Shown: piece by piece, positions 13,020-26,995 of the stretch | Numbering within the stretch: the first letter of the stretch is position 1 | Layout: every line of letters starts with the position of its first letter | DNA from: Octopus sinensis | Lineage: Eukaryota | Assembly: GCF_006345805.1 (NCBI RefSeq) | Contig: NC_043008.1 | Location: forward strand, 2,046,001 to 2,110,000 | Reading direction: 5' to 3' | DNA length: 64,000 nt | The notes under the pieces: generated by a model | Seen by the model: the letters and a program-made list of their open reading frames with translations, nothing else | The model's database searches: none | What the model was told of the DNA's origin: nothing | Made by a program: the position numbers and the translations under genes

Positions 13020-13660
13020 TTTTAAAGTATAACGTAATACTTCTAGGTACGTTATAGGCAGAAATAAATGAGGATATACTATCTGTCCATCGGTATCTGT
13101 AAAATTTTGTATTTGATGTAGTAAAGGAACTACAAATCATTAATAACGAAAGATTAATTAAAGTTGCCATGTATTTTCAAATTAGTTTACATTAAGAACC
13201 AGTTATTAAAAATTGGTTACAGCTTTGAATCGCATAATCAAGCAATGGAACTAACTAATAATGAAAGAATATACGGAGATCGTGTATTTAGCAATAGACA
13301 CTTGATGTCACCAGATTCAAGGTTAGATTTAGTGTTGTTGACAACCGTTCAATGGAATGAAACACATGGGGAAGTAGTAGGAAGCATTTCAAGAGGCCAA
13401 AATGACTCAGTGGAAATATAAGTGTATTGCTTGTTGAATTACAATGACGCCATTTTATTCTTAATGTTTTTATTGTTTTGCCAGATTTGTGCCTGATGGG
13501 ATTGGCCTATAATGAAGCTTTCAATACGAGATAATCAGTTGATGTTTGAAGACAGAAAGTATTCGTTGTATTTCCTGAGATGATGAATGTATCCAGACAT
13601 TACGTGTATATAGAGTTCAAACAATTACGTGAGAGATATTCTTATTAGAAGCACTCGTGG
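13020..13660 (+). mobile_element. Decayed CR1/L2-like LINE remnant (end of APE domain)
   Basis: LDLVLLTT...VVGSISRGQNDSVEI resembles the APE C-terminal LDLVLTN...G-SDH motif. Confidence 0.35.
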
Positions 13661-13830
13661 GAAACTGAGATTAGTTTAGTGTTCACAATAAGCATCATAA
13701 TACACAACCGAAAACTATAAAAATTATAATAGGCTGTTTAGTATAATAATTATTTTCATATCTATCTATTTATCAATCTCTATAACCGTCTGTCTGTTTG
13801 TCTGCATGTCTGTATCCATCTTTATATATA

Positions 13831-14690
13831 GGGCACGCTGGGTAAATTGCCGCAATTTTACATTAGTAATTTCGCGCATGCATATTGTTTGATTTTGTCG
13901 AATACACAGTATAGTTGGGTCAGTTGCACAGCGTTTGTCAGGAAGACAGCACTATGATGCAATTCGCTCTGCCAGGAAGTTTGAAGCGACAAGCTGTTCT
14001 ACTATGCATTCGCACCGGTAGCTCCAATAAGAACATTTCAGAGTGTTTGGGTGTCAATCTGACTTCAGTGCAATCTGAAGACATGTACCGAGAGAGAAAA
14101 AAATCAAACATCCTGTCTACATCATGGCATTTGGGGGTGCTCACTAGTGATGGTGACGTTACACCTCTATTCCTCTTCCCACACGGCCTCAGACTCAACA
14201 TGGAAACCTACATCATGTGTCTGGAGAAGGTAGTGCTGCCGTGTGTCAAGAGGGTGGCTTCTGAAAGTCTCCTTGCCTGGCAACAGGATTCTGCAACGTA
14301 ACACAGAAGTGCACCATGCTACAGAAGCAGGAGAACCCAGTAATGGACGTCAGTCAATTTCTGCTTCAACATCACCCCTAATATCTGGCTAACTAACTCC
14401 CCAGACTGCAGCACCCTTGATTATTGTATGTGTGGGGCAGTTGAGCGAGAGTCCAAGAAAACTTCTTGTTTGTAACATCAAAGATTAACTGAAGGCAAGG
14501 ATTATGGCATCATTGACCAACTTAAACAAGGAGACCGTCCAGAAGTGTTGTAGATTTCGAAGACATCTGGAGGCTGTGTTTGAAACCAATAGAGATTTTA
14601 TTGAATAAATTTACTCTTAGTATTTCAAGATATTTTTATGTAATTTTGATAAATATATCTGTTGAAATGAGATGTCATCGTTAATTTATT
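13831..14690 (+). mobile_element. Internally deleted Tc1/mariner transposon, DD37D (maT-like) transposase pseudogene
   Basis: ATG at 13954 opens MMQFALPGSLKRQAVLLCIRTGSSNKNISECLGVNL. Downstream: LLAWQQDSA...SAPCYRSRRTQ*W...PNIWLTNSPDCSTLDY, ending FIE* at about 14608. D-to-D spacing is 37 after removing a 6-codon insertion. The element starts after a TA run. Confidence 0.85.
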
Positions 14691-16414
14691 TTGTCTGGGG
14701 TGAGTCATTCCATTTTAGTGCCTTCGTATTTAACACACTCACCGGTAAAATTTCCACACATTTACTCATTTATTTATTTTAAATCAGAAAGAATCTCTCC
14801 ATACAAAATAAAATATTCTTCAACACACGAACTCACATAAAGAATCTTGTAAACCAAATCAAAAAACGAAGTGTTATTTATATTTTTGCATAATTTAGAT
14901 GACGATATATTCGCCTCACCATATGTTTATATGTTTGTTTTGTGTGTGTGTGTGGGGGGGTGCGTGTAATGCATGTATATCGTTTTCAGTACAATGTGTA
15001 TCCCTGGTTGAGTTGCGAACACTACCATTCATGACGTGCCTCTCCTTCATTCATACGCATTATATGTAGGTTTTAAACAACATTTCCTTTATTCCCTGCA
15101 GATAATGATTATTATAAAATTCTTTCCATAGTTTCTGGACGCGGACTTTACAAAACCTGTTTAGAAATATATAGCATTGTTAGTGTGAAACCATACGTAC
15201 TTATATTAATTAATGTACACATGAAAAAAAAAACTGGAAACGTTTTATTTGTTATCCATGAAAAAAAACTACACTTGATTTTACTAGTCGATTCAAAATT
15301 TTATTCACATTTGATCAACTCTCATTTTAGCTCTCATAGCATTTACACAAAGAGCTCGCACGTGTTAACAAACACAACTACCAAAATAGCTTCGCATGGA
15401 ATAATATGTTTCCATTGAAACTTAATGGCACATCTGGAAATGTTAATAAGAGATTTACACATAGAGTTCGTAAAGGTTATCTTGTGTTTTATGAAAACAC
15501 CATTATTGTTTCTATAGACGGAGGAAACATCAAGTAATTTTCCTTTTTTAGTTTGCTCCAATGGTGGCCTCACAGATTTGTCTAACCTAGATCGATATAA
15601 AAGCAAAACGCATAAAAGTTACAATGTCTGTAGTACTGATAATAATAATCATTTGGATTACGATGTCAACAAAATTGACAAGACAATCATGATGACAATG
15701 AAGATGAAAAAAGGCTCAGATGCTGAATAAAAGGAAGTGGACAGCATAACAGCAACGTCAGAACCCATTTTGCAAAGATTAAAAAAAAATGTTCGACTGT
15801 TTTTATGTTGTTGTTTTCAATGGAAAGTCCATTAATTTCCTTGAAAATCAAACAACATGCATTAAACAAGTTGTTGAAAAGTTTCTAACAGATGAAGTTG
15901 GTGAGACAGAATAAAATAAAAACAGAGAACAACTATGAAGTCTAAATTATGAGCTGGCGTTGTAATTTATCACATAATCATGACAAGTTTAAAGCAAATA
16001 CAATTTTCAGAAAACTATGATTGGATAATATAAAATACGGCAGCTGGAAATTAGAACAAAAAACGTTAAAACATAATATCACGACAAACCTAATTAAAAC
16101 ATTCGAGGCGAAGGAGTGGAGCAAATAACAGACATACACACACACACACACACACACATTCACAAGGACACACGCATGCACATACACAGATACACGCTTG
16201 CGCAAACACACACACACATGTACACAAACACACAGGCGCACACATTTAGAACCTTGTCTAAATGAATAACTTTACAAGCTTTATTCTGTCAAGATAAGAG
16301 GTGTAAAAGTAGACAATAATATGCGGTTTTATGTTTTTGTGTGAGTGGGGCTACGTATGTATATATGAACGCATACGCATACTTATATGTATATTATATA
16401 TATATATATATATA

Positions 16415-16874
16415 GGGAGAGTTTACGAAAAAAACAAAAGACGAAGACAGGTGGAGTACAAAACAAACATATGTATTAGTATAACGCTCAGGAATAGAAA
16501 AAGTCTTTTACGTTTCGAGCCTACGCTCTTCTAAAAAAAGGGACACGATAAAACAAGGAGAGAAAAAAACGTGTGTATATATATGTATATATACATGTAT
16601 GTATGTATGTATGTATGTATGTATGTATGTATGTATATATATATATATATATATAGGGAGAGTTTACGAAAAAAACAAAAGACGAAGACAGGTGGAGTAC
16701 AAAACAAACATATGTATTAGTATAACGCTCAGGAATAGAAAAAGTCTTTTACGTTTCGAGCCTACGCTCTTCTAAAAAAAGGGACACGATAAAACAAGGA
16801 GAGAAAAAAACGTGTGTATATATATGTATATATACATGTATGTATGTATGTATGTATGTATGTATGTATGTATG

Positions 16875-16880
<6 letters not shown>
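16415..16880. repeat. Exact tandem duplication (period 241 bp) of a short Penelope-like fragment
   Basis: 'gggagagtttacgaaaaaaacaaaagacg...' at 16415 and 16656 is identical apart from microsatellite length. Each copy has a minus-strand gagc-gtag-gctc GAAA CGT A hammerhead remnant with a destroyed CUGAUGA box. Confidence 0.9.
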
Positions 16881-16905
<25 letters not shown>

Positions 16906-17012
16906 ATATATATATGCATGTGTATGTGTATGTATATGTGTGTGTGTGCGTGTGTAACCACAATCTTGCAAATGTAGATGTTTTACATCCTTTAATTTTT
17001 TTACAGACAATA

Positions 17013-18120
17013 TATAAGGTTGTGAAAAAATAGGTATTTACCAATTTTTCCAATCCCAAAACAATTGTTGATCCTTTTATGAGATTGAGGTATCCGCCGT
17101 CAACATTGGCACGCATATGACCCCTTCTGCAACTTACAGTAAAGCACTGGCGTGAGATGCCCCTTTATTTTACTCAGTCGAATTTGGAAATGTATGTGCA
17201 TTTCGTTCGAACTCATTCGCCTTCAGAACATCGCAGAAAAATAAATGCATTGGGTTTATGCATGGGGAAGAAAAAGGACAATTAATTCAGTAGCGTCCCC
17301 AGGAAACTTACATCCAGTAAATTGCGCACTTGAATTGCATGATGAAGTCACGCCCTATTGTGTGGAACAATGGCTCACCAAATTTGGGCATAGCCTGAAT
17401 TCTGGACACCTCCACTTTGCACAAAATGACATGTCATTTGTTAACATTAAACGACTTGTCAAAATAGAAATTTCAAGGATCGCAGCTTACAACAGACGGG
17501 TCCAAAGGTTGATATCCTGCTGATTCCTCCCAGTTACTATTTTGTGGCGGAGGTGGGTGTCATACCAGCAAACACATTTATGCCTGTTGACATGACCGGG
17601 CAACTTGAAAACTTCCTGATCGGAACAAACAATCATGTACAGAAATCGTGGGATTTTGACAATATTTTACCATGAGTTAAGCGAAATGCATTATGCAGTC
17701 TGGGTCATCTTTGGTTAGTTTAGAAGGATCGGTGTCATTTCAAGTTCAGTTTTTTCATGACATGCAAGGCTAAGACAATAATTATTTATCAGACTCCATT
17801 GAGTTATTCACAAGCGAGTATGCTGCCTACATCTCGTTTTCCTCAGTGGTAACTGTTCATTGCTCTCCGGATTTTGTGGCGTTATTTACGGAACCTGTTT
17901 TCTCAAATTCAGTGCTAATTTTGTAAATCAATTGTTGTGATCGCGGTTCGGCGGGAAAGATTTTTATCCACTATTACCTCACGGTGTCTGCATTTTCAAA
18001 TATCAAGGACTTCCTCCGTGTCCGTTTGCAATCTTTATGTGTCAAAATCCACGCCATGCCCTCTCATGGTCCTGAAAAATAAAAATTAAATTTGCCAACC
18101 TACTTTTCCAAAGCCCTGTA
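17013..18120 (-). mobile_element. Degenerate Tc1/mariner transposon (DUF4817-type N-terminus)
   Basis: Minus-strand peptides GSVNNATKSG, KDDPD and IVCSDQEVFKLPGHVNRHKCVCW. Imperfect TIRs: tataaggttgtgaaaaaataggt (17013) versus tacagggctttggaaaagtaggt (reverse complement, ending 18120). Confidence 0.8.
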
Positions 18121-18661
18121 TTTTACATTAAATAATAGTAAACATTTAATTATTCGAACGTGAGTAATGTGAGCGAGATTTAACGACTGTAACATCTGCT
18201 TCATTGATGTATGTTTGCTTTTTCCATGAACAGTTATCAACGTCACATACTCCAGCTTGTACTACTCACTGACATTACTTGCAACAGAAAGAATTTGCTT
18301 TTTGGCTATGTGCTGATTTCATTCGATTCCCATCCTCGACTGTTCCCCTCCTTCTTCTCCTCCTCCTCATCATCACCGTCTCGATTATCATTCTGCTGCT
18401 TCATGGTGTTTATCATAATTCTATAAGTTGCTTAAGAATGTTTTCTCTGGAACCGCAACCCATAGTCTAGAATGAGAAGGATTTATGTGAATTCTAGAAA
18501 TGATTTTGCTCAAATGTTGTGAACGAACTTTCTGGTTATGTTTCGCCCCGGCTCTCTACGTTTGATTTCTGCTTTCGTAAAATAAATAAATAAAATAGTA
18601 GAAACCATTGGTTCAAATATCTCCTTCTCCAATTTATTGCTCTGGCACCTTTGATAAAGGT

Positions 18662-18835
18662 CTTCTTCTTCTTCTTCTTCTTCTTCTTCTTCTTCTTCTT
18701 CTTCTTCTTCTTCTTTTCTTCTTCTTCTTCTTCTTCTTCTTCTTCTTCTCTTCTTCTTCTTCTTCTTCTTCTTCTTCTTCTTCGTCTTCTTATTCTTCTT
18801 CTTCTTTTTCTTCTTCTTCTTCTGTTTCATCCTCC
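18662..18835. repeat. (CTT)n microsatellite
   Basis: Directly visible; gives the poly-K/E/F/S/L ORFs. Confidence 0.95.
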
Positions 18836-21800
18836 TCTTCCTCATATACATTTGTTCGTCACGATGTCGTGGGATGTCATATTCTATTATTCCTTAAGGG
18901 AATAAGATGCTATTCTCACTAATGTATATCATGACCATAACATACGCAAATTGTACAATGCTAATAACACAGAATATGACAGTGGTAGAAGCACAAATCC
19001 TGTTTTACATCACATACGCTTTATCAACGATAATATAGCTACCACCTTCGCCCAATAATTTGCATTTTATATCTCATGTAACACCGCAAAATATGAATTC
19101 GTGAAAATGATTGAGGAAGACATCAAATAAATCATTCCTGTTTTGTTTCACTACATTAATGCCATTCTGTACGTTTTTTACATACATAAGAATTCAAACG
19201 GCATCAAGTTAGCATCAAACTGATCCGAAGACGCTTCAGTATTTTTCCTCTCTTAAACAACTAACAGAAACAAAGAATACAAACCGAAAACAATGTTGTA
19301 TATCACCGAAACATATCATAGAAAAATATCATTCAATAGTAATTCCTTCCTGCCTCCCATTGTTTAGACTCTCAAAGACGGTGGAAATATTATGTCTCCA
19401 TCTCACGTTATGAATAAAAAGATTAACAAGCAAATAAGATAATAAAAATGTTATACTCATACTAAAATCGTATCCTTGCCAGGAAAAGATGAATATCAAT
19501 CACATGAAAACATTGAGGTATGAATGATATCAATTGAGCGCAATATTTTCTTTCTTGACATAATTGGATGTTTGATTTAAATAGTTGTCCATCTCTTAAA
19601 ATATATGGTAGGCATATATAATAGCATGTGATGGTGAAGAACAAACACAGCATACAAAGACAATATCGCTTTATTGCAATCTTTTCGATCTTTTAATGTA
19701 AACATGAGACCTTTTATATAAGAAAAAAAAAATGAATAAATGAATTATATATTACGACAAGGAATATAACAACAAATAAAAGAATCATTATTGTTTTATG
19801 GCATATCATTGTTTTTATCGAATTATGCAAGGTCGAAAGTTTGAAATTAAACCCAGAATATATTACCTCAATACTTTAAATGTTCCCGCTGTTTTTTTTT
19901 TTCTTTTTGTACAAAAACGACTGGTAATTTGCAATGCCGAGAAGATTCTCAAAAGTGCTATGTACTATAAAGAGTTTATGAAGCATTTGATTCCGATAAT
20001 CACCCTCTGAAAAATGTAACTAAAATATTGTCCTTTTAGGGATATGTAAACTGATGTGAAAAAGGCAACGTTGATTTTGTTCCGCACAAACACATAACAA
20101 ATGTAGGAATATTCTAGATACTTTAATTCTTACAGGAGGTAAACTTACAAATTTCTACCGTAGACTTGTATTTACTACGTATTACTGAAGCAGAATGACA
20201 TCTAATCCTGCGATTTCCTGTTATAACTCTGTTAATGATATTGTACAGTATATAAGGCAATCGCGCCTGAAAAACCTGTGGTTAATTTACGCAAATGTTT
20301 CTATTTCATCAGATATAACAATTCATTACAAACGCTCAATTGCATTCCATCACATTCCATCAGGCATTGACCATTCGTTGCAAACGGTTCAGCATGATAC
20401 AATTTAAGTTGTCAAGCTTGCAAACAGACTGAATATTGCAAACAAATCTGCTTCCAATTTTACTCAAGGTTCTTAAAGGCAAAGAAAAGGAAACCTCAGA
20501 TTGTTACGATAATTAAATTATAATTATAGATTTCTGGATTAGGACTTGACTGAAAAACAAAGCGCATAAAAATTAGCTCAAGTTGAAAAAATTCTTTAAA
20601 ATTATATATGACTTCCTTTAGTTAAATTTTCTACATGATAAATTTATCTCATTGATATTGTCTTAAGATATTTAAATCACGTTAAAATATTGAGTTGCTT
20701 TCAGCCAAGCAAAATCAATGTTTTATTTGATTGTAAGTGAGAACGATGTATTTTTCTTTTCCCTGTTCCTAGTAAATTATGTGTTATTTATTAAACTTGT
20801 TTTATAATGGTTGTATTCCAGTATAAATCTCAATCCAAAAGTAACTTGATTTAGATAACGGCAACACTTGTCTGGCTCGAAAGAGTATTTTCCATTTTCC
20901 ATAGAATTCTCAAAACAGGGTTAACATTGTTATTGAAATGACAACTACCATTTGTAGAACATAAGCGTGTAAGTCATCGTAACGTATGCTTATACATTCT
21001 ATTTGGAAACTACATTGAATCGTGTTCGCAAATTTGCTTGTATTTCGCAAGAAAGCTCTTTGCAATCCACGTTTGCTGAATCAATCGTTGCTAAATTCAT
21101 GCATGGAAAGTAAATCATCCTTTCAGACTAAAAGACGAATTGTTATACGGTTGGTATGGACAGAACTAGATTGTTGTTGCAGTGTATGCTGTACATGAAT
21201 GTGAACCAAACAAAATAGACAAGACTTATATTATACGTGTAGAATTTACCCCTGTTACAAATGATTATTTTGCGAAGGATATAGAAAAAAGAGAGGCAGA
21301 ACAATGCAATTTTAAGATGAATACAAGTTATGAGATGAAAAACTGGGATATATTAATATATATTACCATACATGAGGTAGGATGTACATATATTGCGGAT
21401 AGGTAAAATTAATGTATTCATAAATTCGTTATTACACGACGTGTATTCATAAAAAGTAAAGATTTTGACCTCTGAATAAAGAACTAAATAAAAATAATCG
21501 TACAAGAGAGGAAGAAATTAACTTGTCAATAAACTTATGTGTGTGTATGTAATCACTATTTAAGCCTAGTAAATATTTTACTTTCAGAGGTGCATAAATC
21601 ATGCATATATGTATGTATACTTGTATGCAAGTATAAATGAAGGAATTAGTGTCGAACTTCTGTTTACACATTCTAATGTAATGTTGAAAATAAGCGTTGG
21701 TCTATGAAGATCAAGCACAGCTGCTTCGAGCTTAGCAGTGATTTTGTGGTTTGACAACGATGATCTTAATCACAAAAACTTATTTTGTTGATGTGGATCA

Positions 21801-21974
21801 ACCTCCGTATCTTTCCGCCATATCACCTTTCAGATTCCACCAAAGTATAAATTGTTGATCCTATAATCCGCAAAAGTAATGACTCGTATATCGTATTTCT
21901 TTTCGTATTTCTTAAAATATTATCTTTGCTTACATAGATATGTTATCGGATTACACAGAAATGTGCCAATATAA

Positions 21975-22385
21975 AGACTGTTCAGGCAGCAAGCTGGCAG
22001 AAACGTTATCACGCCGTGAGGAATGCTTAGCGGTATTTCGCCTTCAGTTACGTTCTGAGATCAAATTCCGCCGAGGTCGACTTTGCCTTTTATGCTTTCT
22101 GGGTCGATTAAATAAGTACCAGTAACGCACTGGGGACGATATAATCGACTTAATCCGTTTGTCTGGCCTTGTTTGTTCTCTCTGTGTTTAGCCCCTTGTA
22201 GGTAGTAAAGAAATAGGTATTTCGTCTGCCGCTACGTTCTGAGTTCAAATCCCGCCGAAGTCGGTTTTGCCTTTCATCCTTTCGGGGGCGATAAATGAAG
22301 CACCACTTGCATACTGAGTCCGATCTAATAGACTACTCCCTCTCCCAAAATCCTTTGTGCCTTTTGCAGAGAAAAATATAAAGAC
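21975..22385 (+). mobile_element. Two adjacent Octopus-type SINE copies
   Basis: Repeated 'tacgttctgag(a/t)tcaaat(t/c)ccgccga(g/a)gtcg...tttgccttt' cores, with a tRNA-like B-box (gttcaaatcc). Confidence 0.85.
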
Positions 22386-23054
22386 TGCTTGATGATGAGT
22401 AGGATTATACCTAAATGCACATGCCGTATATGTGCAAAAAATATTGCAATTCATATTAAATTTATTGCTGCATTTGTTCAGTAGATAGATCTGATAAATC
22501 TATTATAGAAGGTTTACATGACTTCTTAGAAGGGAAGTGGTTGGCTATTCGTATAAAGTAGATTTACATGACATGTAGATGTCCTTCGCTTTGGCTGAAT
22601 GCAATTCGAGAAAGTATTATGTGGTTCGTTTAGAAATTGGCAATATCTTGGCGATAAAGCAACAGAAGGGCTTGGGTTATGAAAGCAGAACTGTAATTTG
22701 ATTGACGTCAATATGTCATGAGAAGTCTTCAAATCAAAGTTATGACTTCATAGATTTACAGTAGTAAAATTTAGTATTGGCAAAATTCTTGGTAGAATCG
22801 GATGGAGATATAGATGAGAAGTGTTACTGTGGCCTTTATTGGAATGGTACCAAATAGATAAATTTTAATTAATAACCACTTAAATGGTATCATCTTGTCA
22901 CAAAAATGTCAAACGTATTTCAGTGACGGCGCTTGAAATGTCTTCGAATCGCACGTGTGCACGAATGTACGTCATAATAAATATATAAAGCAATAGATCA
23001 GCACCAACATTCGCGCATGTGTTAATATGTATAACATTATTGTTTTATTTTTTA

Positions 23055-23275
23055 TTCTTTTACATGTTTCACTTGACTGCGACCATACTGGAGCACCGTC
23101 ATGAGGAGTTTTAGACGAACAAATCGACGCCGAGACTTATCTTTGAAGCTACTACTTATTCAGTTGGCACTTTGACGAGTCGCTATGATACGGGGACATA
23201 AGCACGACAAAACCGGTTTCCAAATGGTAAGGGGGAGAAACACAAGCCCAATGACACACATAGACAAACATAGAC
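23055..23275. mobile_element. SINE ('gactgcggccatgctggagcacc' family)
   Basis: The same core recurs at about 25560, 44430-44510 (reverse), 54050-54150 (reverse) and 62230. Confidence 0.7.
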
Positions 23276-23639
23276 ACAGGCACGCACAAACACAAACATA
23301 CACACACACCGATATATGCCTGTGTATTTCTGTGAATATATATATATATACGTATTTTATTATTATTAAAGCAGTCAAAACATCACAAAAATATCTCCAA
23401 AATTTCACACTCAGAATTTCACGTTCCCCTCTTCCCGTTATTCCCTGTATAACTTTCTGTACATAACTTTTTTTATAAGAGAAGCATGTTTCTAACTCAC
23501 ATGCGTGTAGTCTCCCTCCGTGGCAATCTCCGCAAGTCTGCCCTCGTTTAGCCTCGATTTGACCAAAGATTTGTGAGTGGATTTTGTTGACAGAAACTGA
23601 AAGAAGCCCATCGTGTATATATATATCGTCGATTACGAC

Positions 23640-23970
23640 AATGAGGATTGCAGTTGATCCGATCAACGGAACAGCCTGCTCGTGAAATTAACGTGCAAGT
23701 GACTGAGCTGTCCATAGACACGTGTACCCTTAACGTAGTTCTCGGGGAGGATCAGCGTGATACAGAGTGTGACATGGCTGGCCCTTAGAAATACAAGTAC
23801 AACAGAAACAGGAAGGAAGTGTGAGAGAAAGTTGTGGTGAAAGAGTACATCAGGGATCGGCAGCATCCCCTACCTGAGCCTCGTGGTGCTGTAGGCGTTT
23901 TCGCTCAATAAACACAAAGCCCGTTTTGGGAATCGAAACCGCAATCCTACGACCATGAGTCCGCTGCAAT
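23640..23970 (-). mobile_element. tRNA-derived SINE
   Basis: Minus-strand head 'gcagcggactcatggtcgtaggattgcggtttcgattccc' is tRNA-like, followed by a body ending 'gttccgttgatcggatcaactg'. Confidence 0.75.
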
Positions 23971-24017
23971 TGTATTAGTAGCAACAGAAAAGGTAAAGAT
24001 GTGTAGCTATCAATCTC

Positions 24018-24070
<53 letters not shown>

Positions 24071-25699
24071 ATATATATATATATATGTATCTATTAAAAA
24101 CGTATTAATCTTACTCAGGATCTGCTGCCGCTTTCCTTTTTTTTTCGAAAATCGCATAAAATATTAAGGGTATATTCTACAATCGAGTACCTGGGCCGCA
24201 TGCTTGTAACCGAGTAGAAACGTTAACATATGTTAATGTATGTTAATGTATGTTAAAGATAGCAACGTCTTCAGTTGCTTGGACAAGAAAAGAAGGAAAG
24301 AATCAGGCGCTGTGGCGTGCTATGGTATACCTTATGTTTCAGACATTTTACTCATGAGTGTTTCATTGACTAGGGGTTAATTTAAAAGAGTCATTAACAA
24401 TATGCTGTGCAGTGGGATTTATCCGTATTATTTGCCGTGAATAGTTTTAAATTGCTCAACAATGTTCTCTGTAACTTATAAGTATCTAACTTAATATTTT
24501 TCTCTACTCTTATTTCCTTTTCGTACTTTAAAATTCTTTCTAAATAATCTTACTAAAATTGACACCTCCACTCTAAATATGCAATTTCAGTTAAAAGAAT
24601 ATATTTACTTATAGGAACAATATTTTAAAATTGTCTAAAACTTGGAATTGGAAAAAAGTTTTCATTCTGCTGAGAAGGAAAGAGAACTATCAACAGTTAT
24701 GTATTTTTGTGAGTTAATCTACACGAATCGATAGTGTAATACAATACCTGTTAAATAGTTAACACATTGACACGTCAGTAAGGTGTATAAATTCTGAGGC
24801 AATAGAATATCTGATGTCTCTTTGGATTGATTTTCATGTTTCTCATTTTCTGCTGACGCAATAGGAAATTATTTATTCAAATAATAATTCTTGTTTTAAA
24901 ATATTCTATTCAAAACCAAGAAACAAACCCTACTGTAGAACACATTCATTTAGCATATATATTTTTTTATGCTAAAGCAATTTCTCCCCATTTATATATT
25001 TACTATACATTTTTACAATATAATATAACATATTATATATTATATTATATTGTATTATATTATATTTATATATATATATGTATGTATATATATATTTAAT
25101 ATAATATATATATATGGTTGGGTTGTCAACTAAGTGCCCACCGTTTTTTTGGGAATTTTTGCATTTTTAAATAAAAAAAAAACGGCGGAAACTTATATAT
25201 GTATGCATAAATACATACACACACACATACACACACACATACATATATATGTGTGTGTCTGGATGTGTGTGTGTGTGTCCTTCTAGGAAGAACATCTACA
25301 GCGTGGATATAAAAACCAAACGCTAATTCTTGCGAAAGATTTTACGACGGAGGCAAAGGAAGTGGTCCCTTAGTCTTCGGGGAACTGCGAAGGGAGCTAC
25401 AGGCCCGTTTCTAACATGTAAAAACTCACATTTCAAAAATAAGTGAAGCGTCTATGTGATATAATACTTATTTGCCAATCCAAATTAACAATAGATGAAT
25501 GAAGAGTCTAAGGGATATATATATTTTACGGATGAACATACTACTTATTATCGTTTTCAGGTCAAACCTGCTGCCATGCTGGAGCACTGCCGTTTTGCTA
25601 CACTGTTATTATGAATCCCCTACTATGATATGTGAATAAGGGAGTTTGTGGACGCTGCCCTCATTTGAGCCTCCTTCCTCTAGGTTGGCTCATGGGGGA

Positions 25700-26995
25700 T
25701 ACGCGCGGGAAGAGATCCAGTTTTGTTTTGAAAACACCTACAGGTGTAGATGTATAAGACTTTTAGGAGAACATTGAAAAATGTGGGCCCTTTAAACTTA
25801 GGCGTTGTTGGGATTGTTGGTACTGTCTAGTGGCATTTGCGTAGCTTTCATTAGCCAAAATGCAGCATAATCCCTTCCAGGGTTATCCAGATGTACATTA
25901 CTACGTATCGTTCCCATGTTTGCTTCAGGGAGTAAAGTCTTAGATGTTTCAGCCTTTCCCAATAGCTGAGCAGTTACGACGAGATGATCTCGTTTGTGAA
26001 GCTTCGCTGGATTGCTTCGTGGTTCGATGTTACTTTTATACTGGAAGTTGACCATAGTTGAGAGAAGTAGTCCAGGGGGTTGAGGATGAATGTCTTACAG
26101 ACAACCATTGTGGTTTAGTTCTCGCTGTTTTTGAAGGTTCTCAGGATCCAGTAATCCAGCCTTCTGTATTTCGTCCCCATCTTGGTAATATGCACTTCGG
26201 TAGCGATATCATTACTCATGTCCAGACCCAGGAAACGCTCCGATTAATTTCTGGGAATGTAATCTCCATTGGTTCAGTTTACTCTGTCGGTTTTTCGTTT
26301 AGTTTTGGGTGCTGATAGAGTGGAGCTTAAAATTTTCCATCATTAAACTGCATTTTATTGACTGCAACCCATCTTCAATTTCAACTCCTGCTGCAAGCGT
26401 GCAACATCGCTAGGGATTTGTATGTTCTGCGAGCGAATCTAAGAGCGTATCTGAGAAAGCCATTATGAAAAGCAGTTGTCCCAAGACTGTGCCCTGTGGA
26501 ACACCATTCACTACTTATGTTTCTTTTCAGGTGGCTTCATTGGCAACCACTGCCTCACTTTTATATTTCCGAAAGTCATGTAACCTCTCTCGAAGTTGCC
26601 TAGCTATGCCAAAATCGCGCAGTTTGTGGCATATCATACTATGATCAACTTTATCAAAAGCCTTTTCAAAGTCAAAGTATATTATGTCTACATCTGAGTT
26701 GTTGAGTAACTACATCAATACCCAGTCATAGTACTGTAGAAGGTGTATCAGGCAGCTCCGACCTGGTCAAAAACCATGCTGGGTGTCACACAGCAAGCCC
26801 CTTTCTTTAAGGAGTGCGATTAGTTTCCCTCTGAATATCCGTTCCATAAATTTGCTGACGTGTAAATTCAGAGAGGTGGGCGTATAATTTTGGGCCTCTG
26901 ATTTGCTACGTCCTTCAGTTTGCTTGGCACTTTCCCATTTGCAAGAAAACGCTGGAAGAGAATATGTAGTGGTTTTGAAAAGGCATTCTGCACGA
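25700..26995 (-). mobile_element. CR1-clade LINE reverse transcriptase pseudogene (3' part)
   Basis: Minus-strand motifs SDVDIIYFDFEKAFDKVDH (about 26640-26700), VNGVPQGTVLGQLLF (about 26465-26510), ERFLGL and RERYVVMYIWITLEGIM. Confidence 0.9.

Noticed and set aside
18510-18922. Poly-K/R/E and poly-F/S ORFs
   Set aside because: (CTT)n microsatellite.
20290-20320. CTGATGA-aata-GAAAC on the minus strand; similar strings at about 47903 and 57540
   Set aside because: No stem II and no convincing stem I or III pairing.
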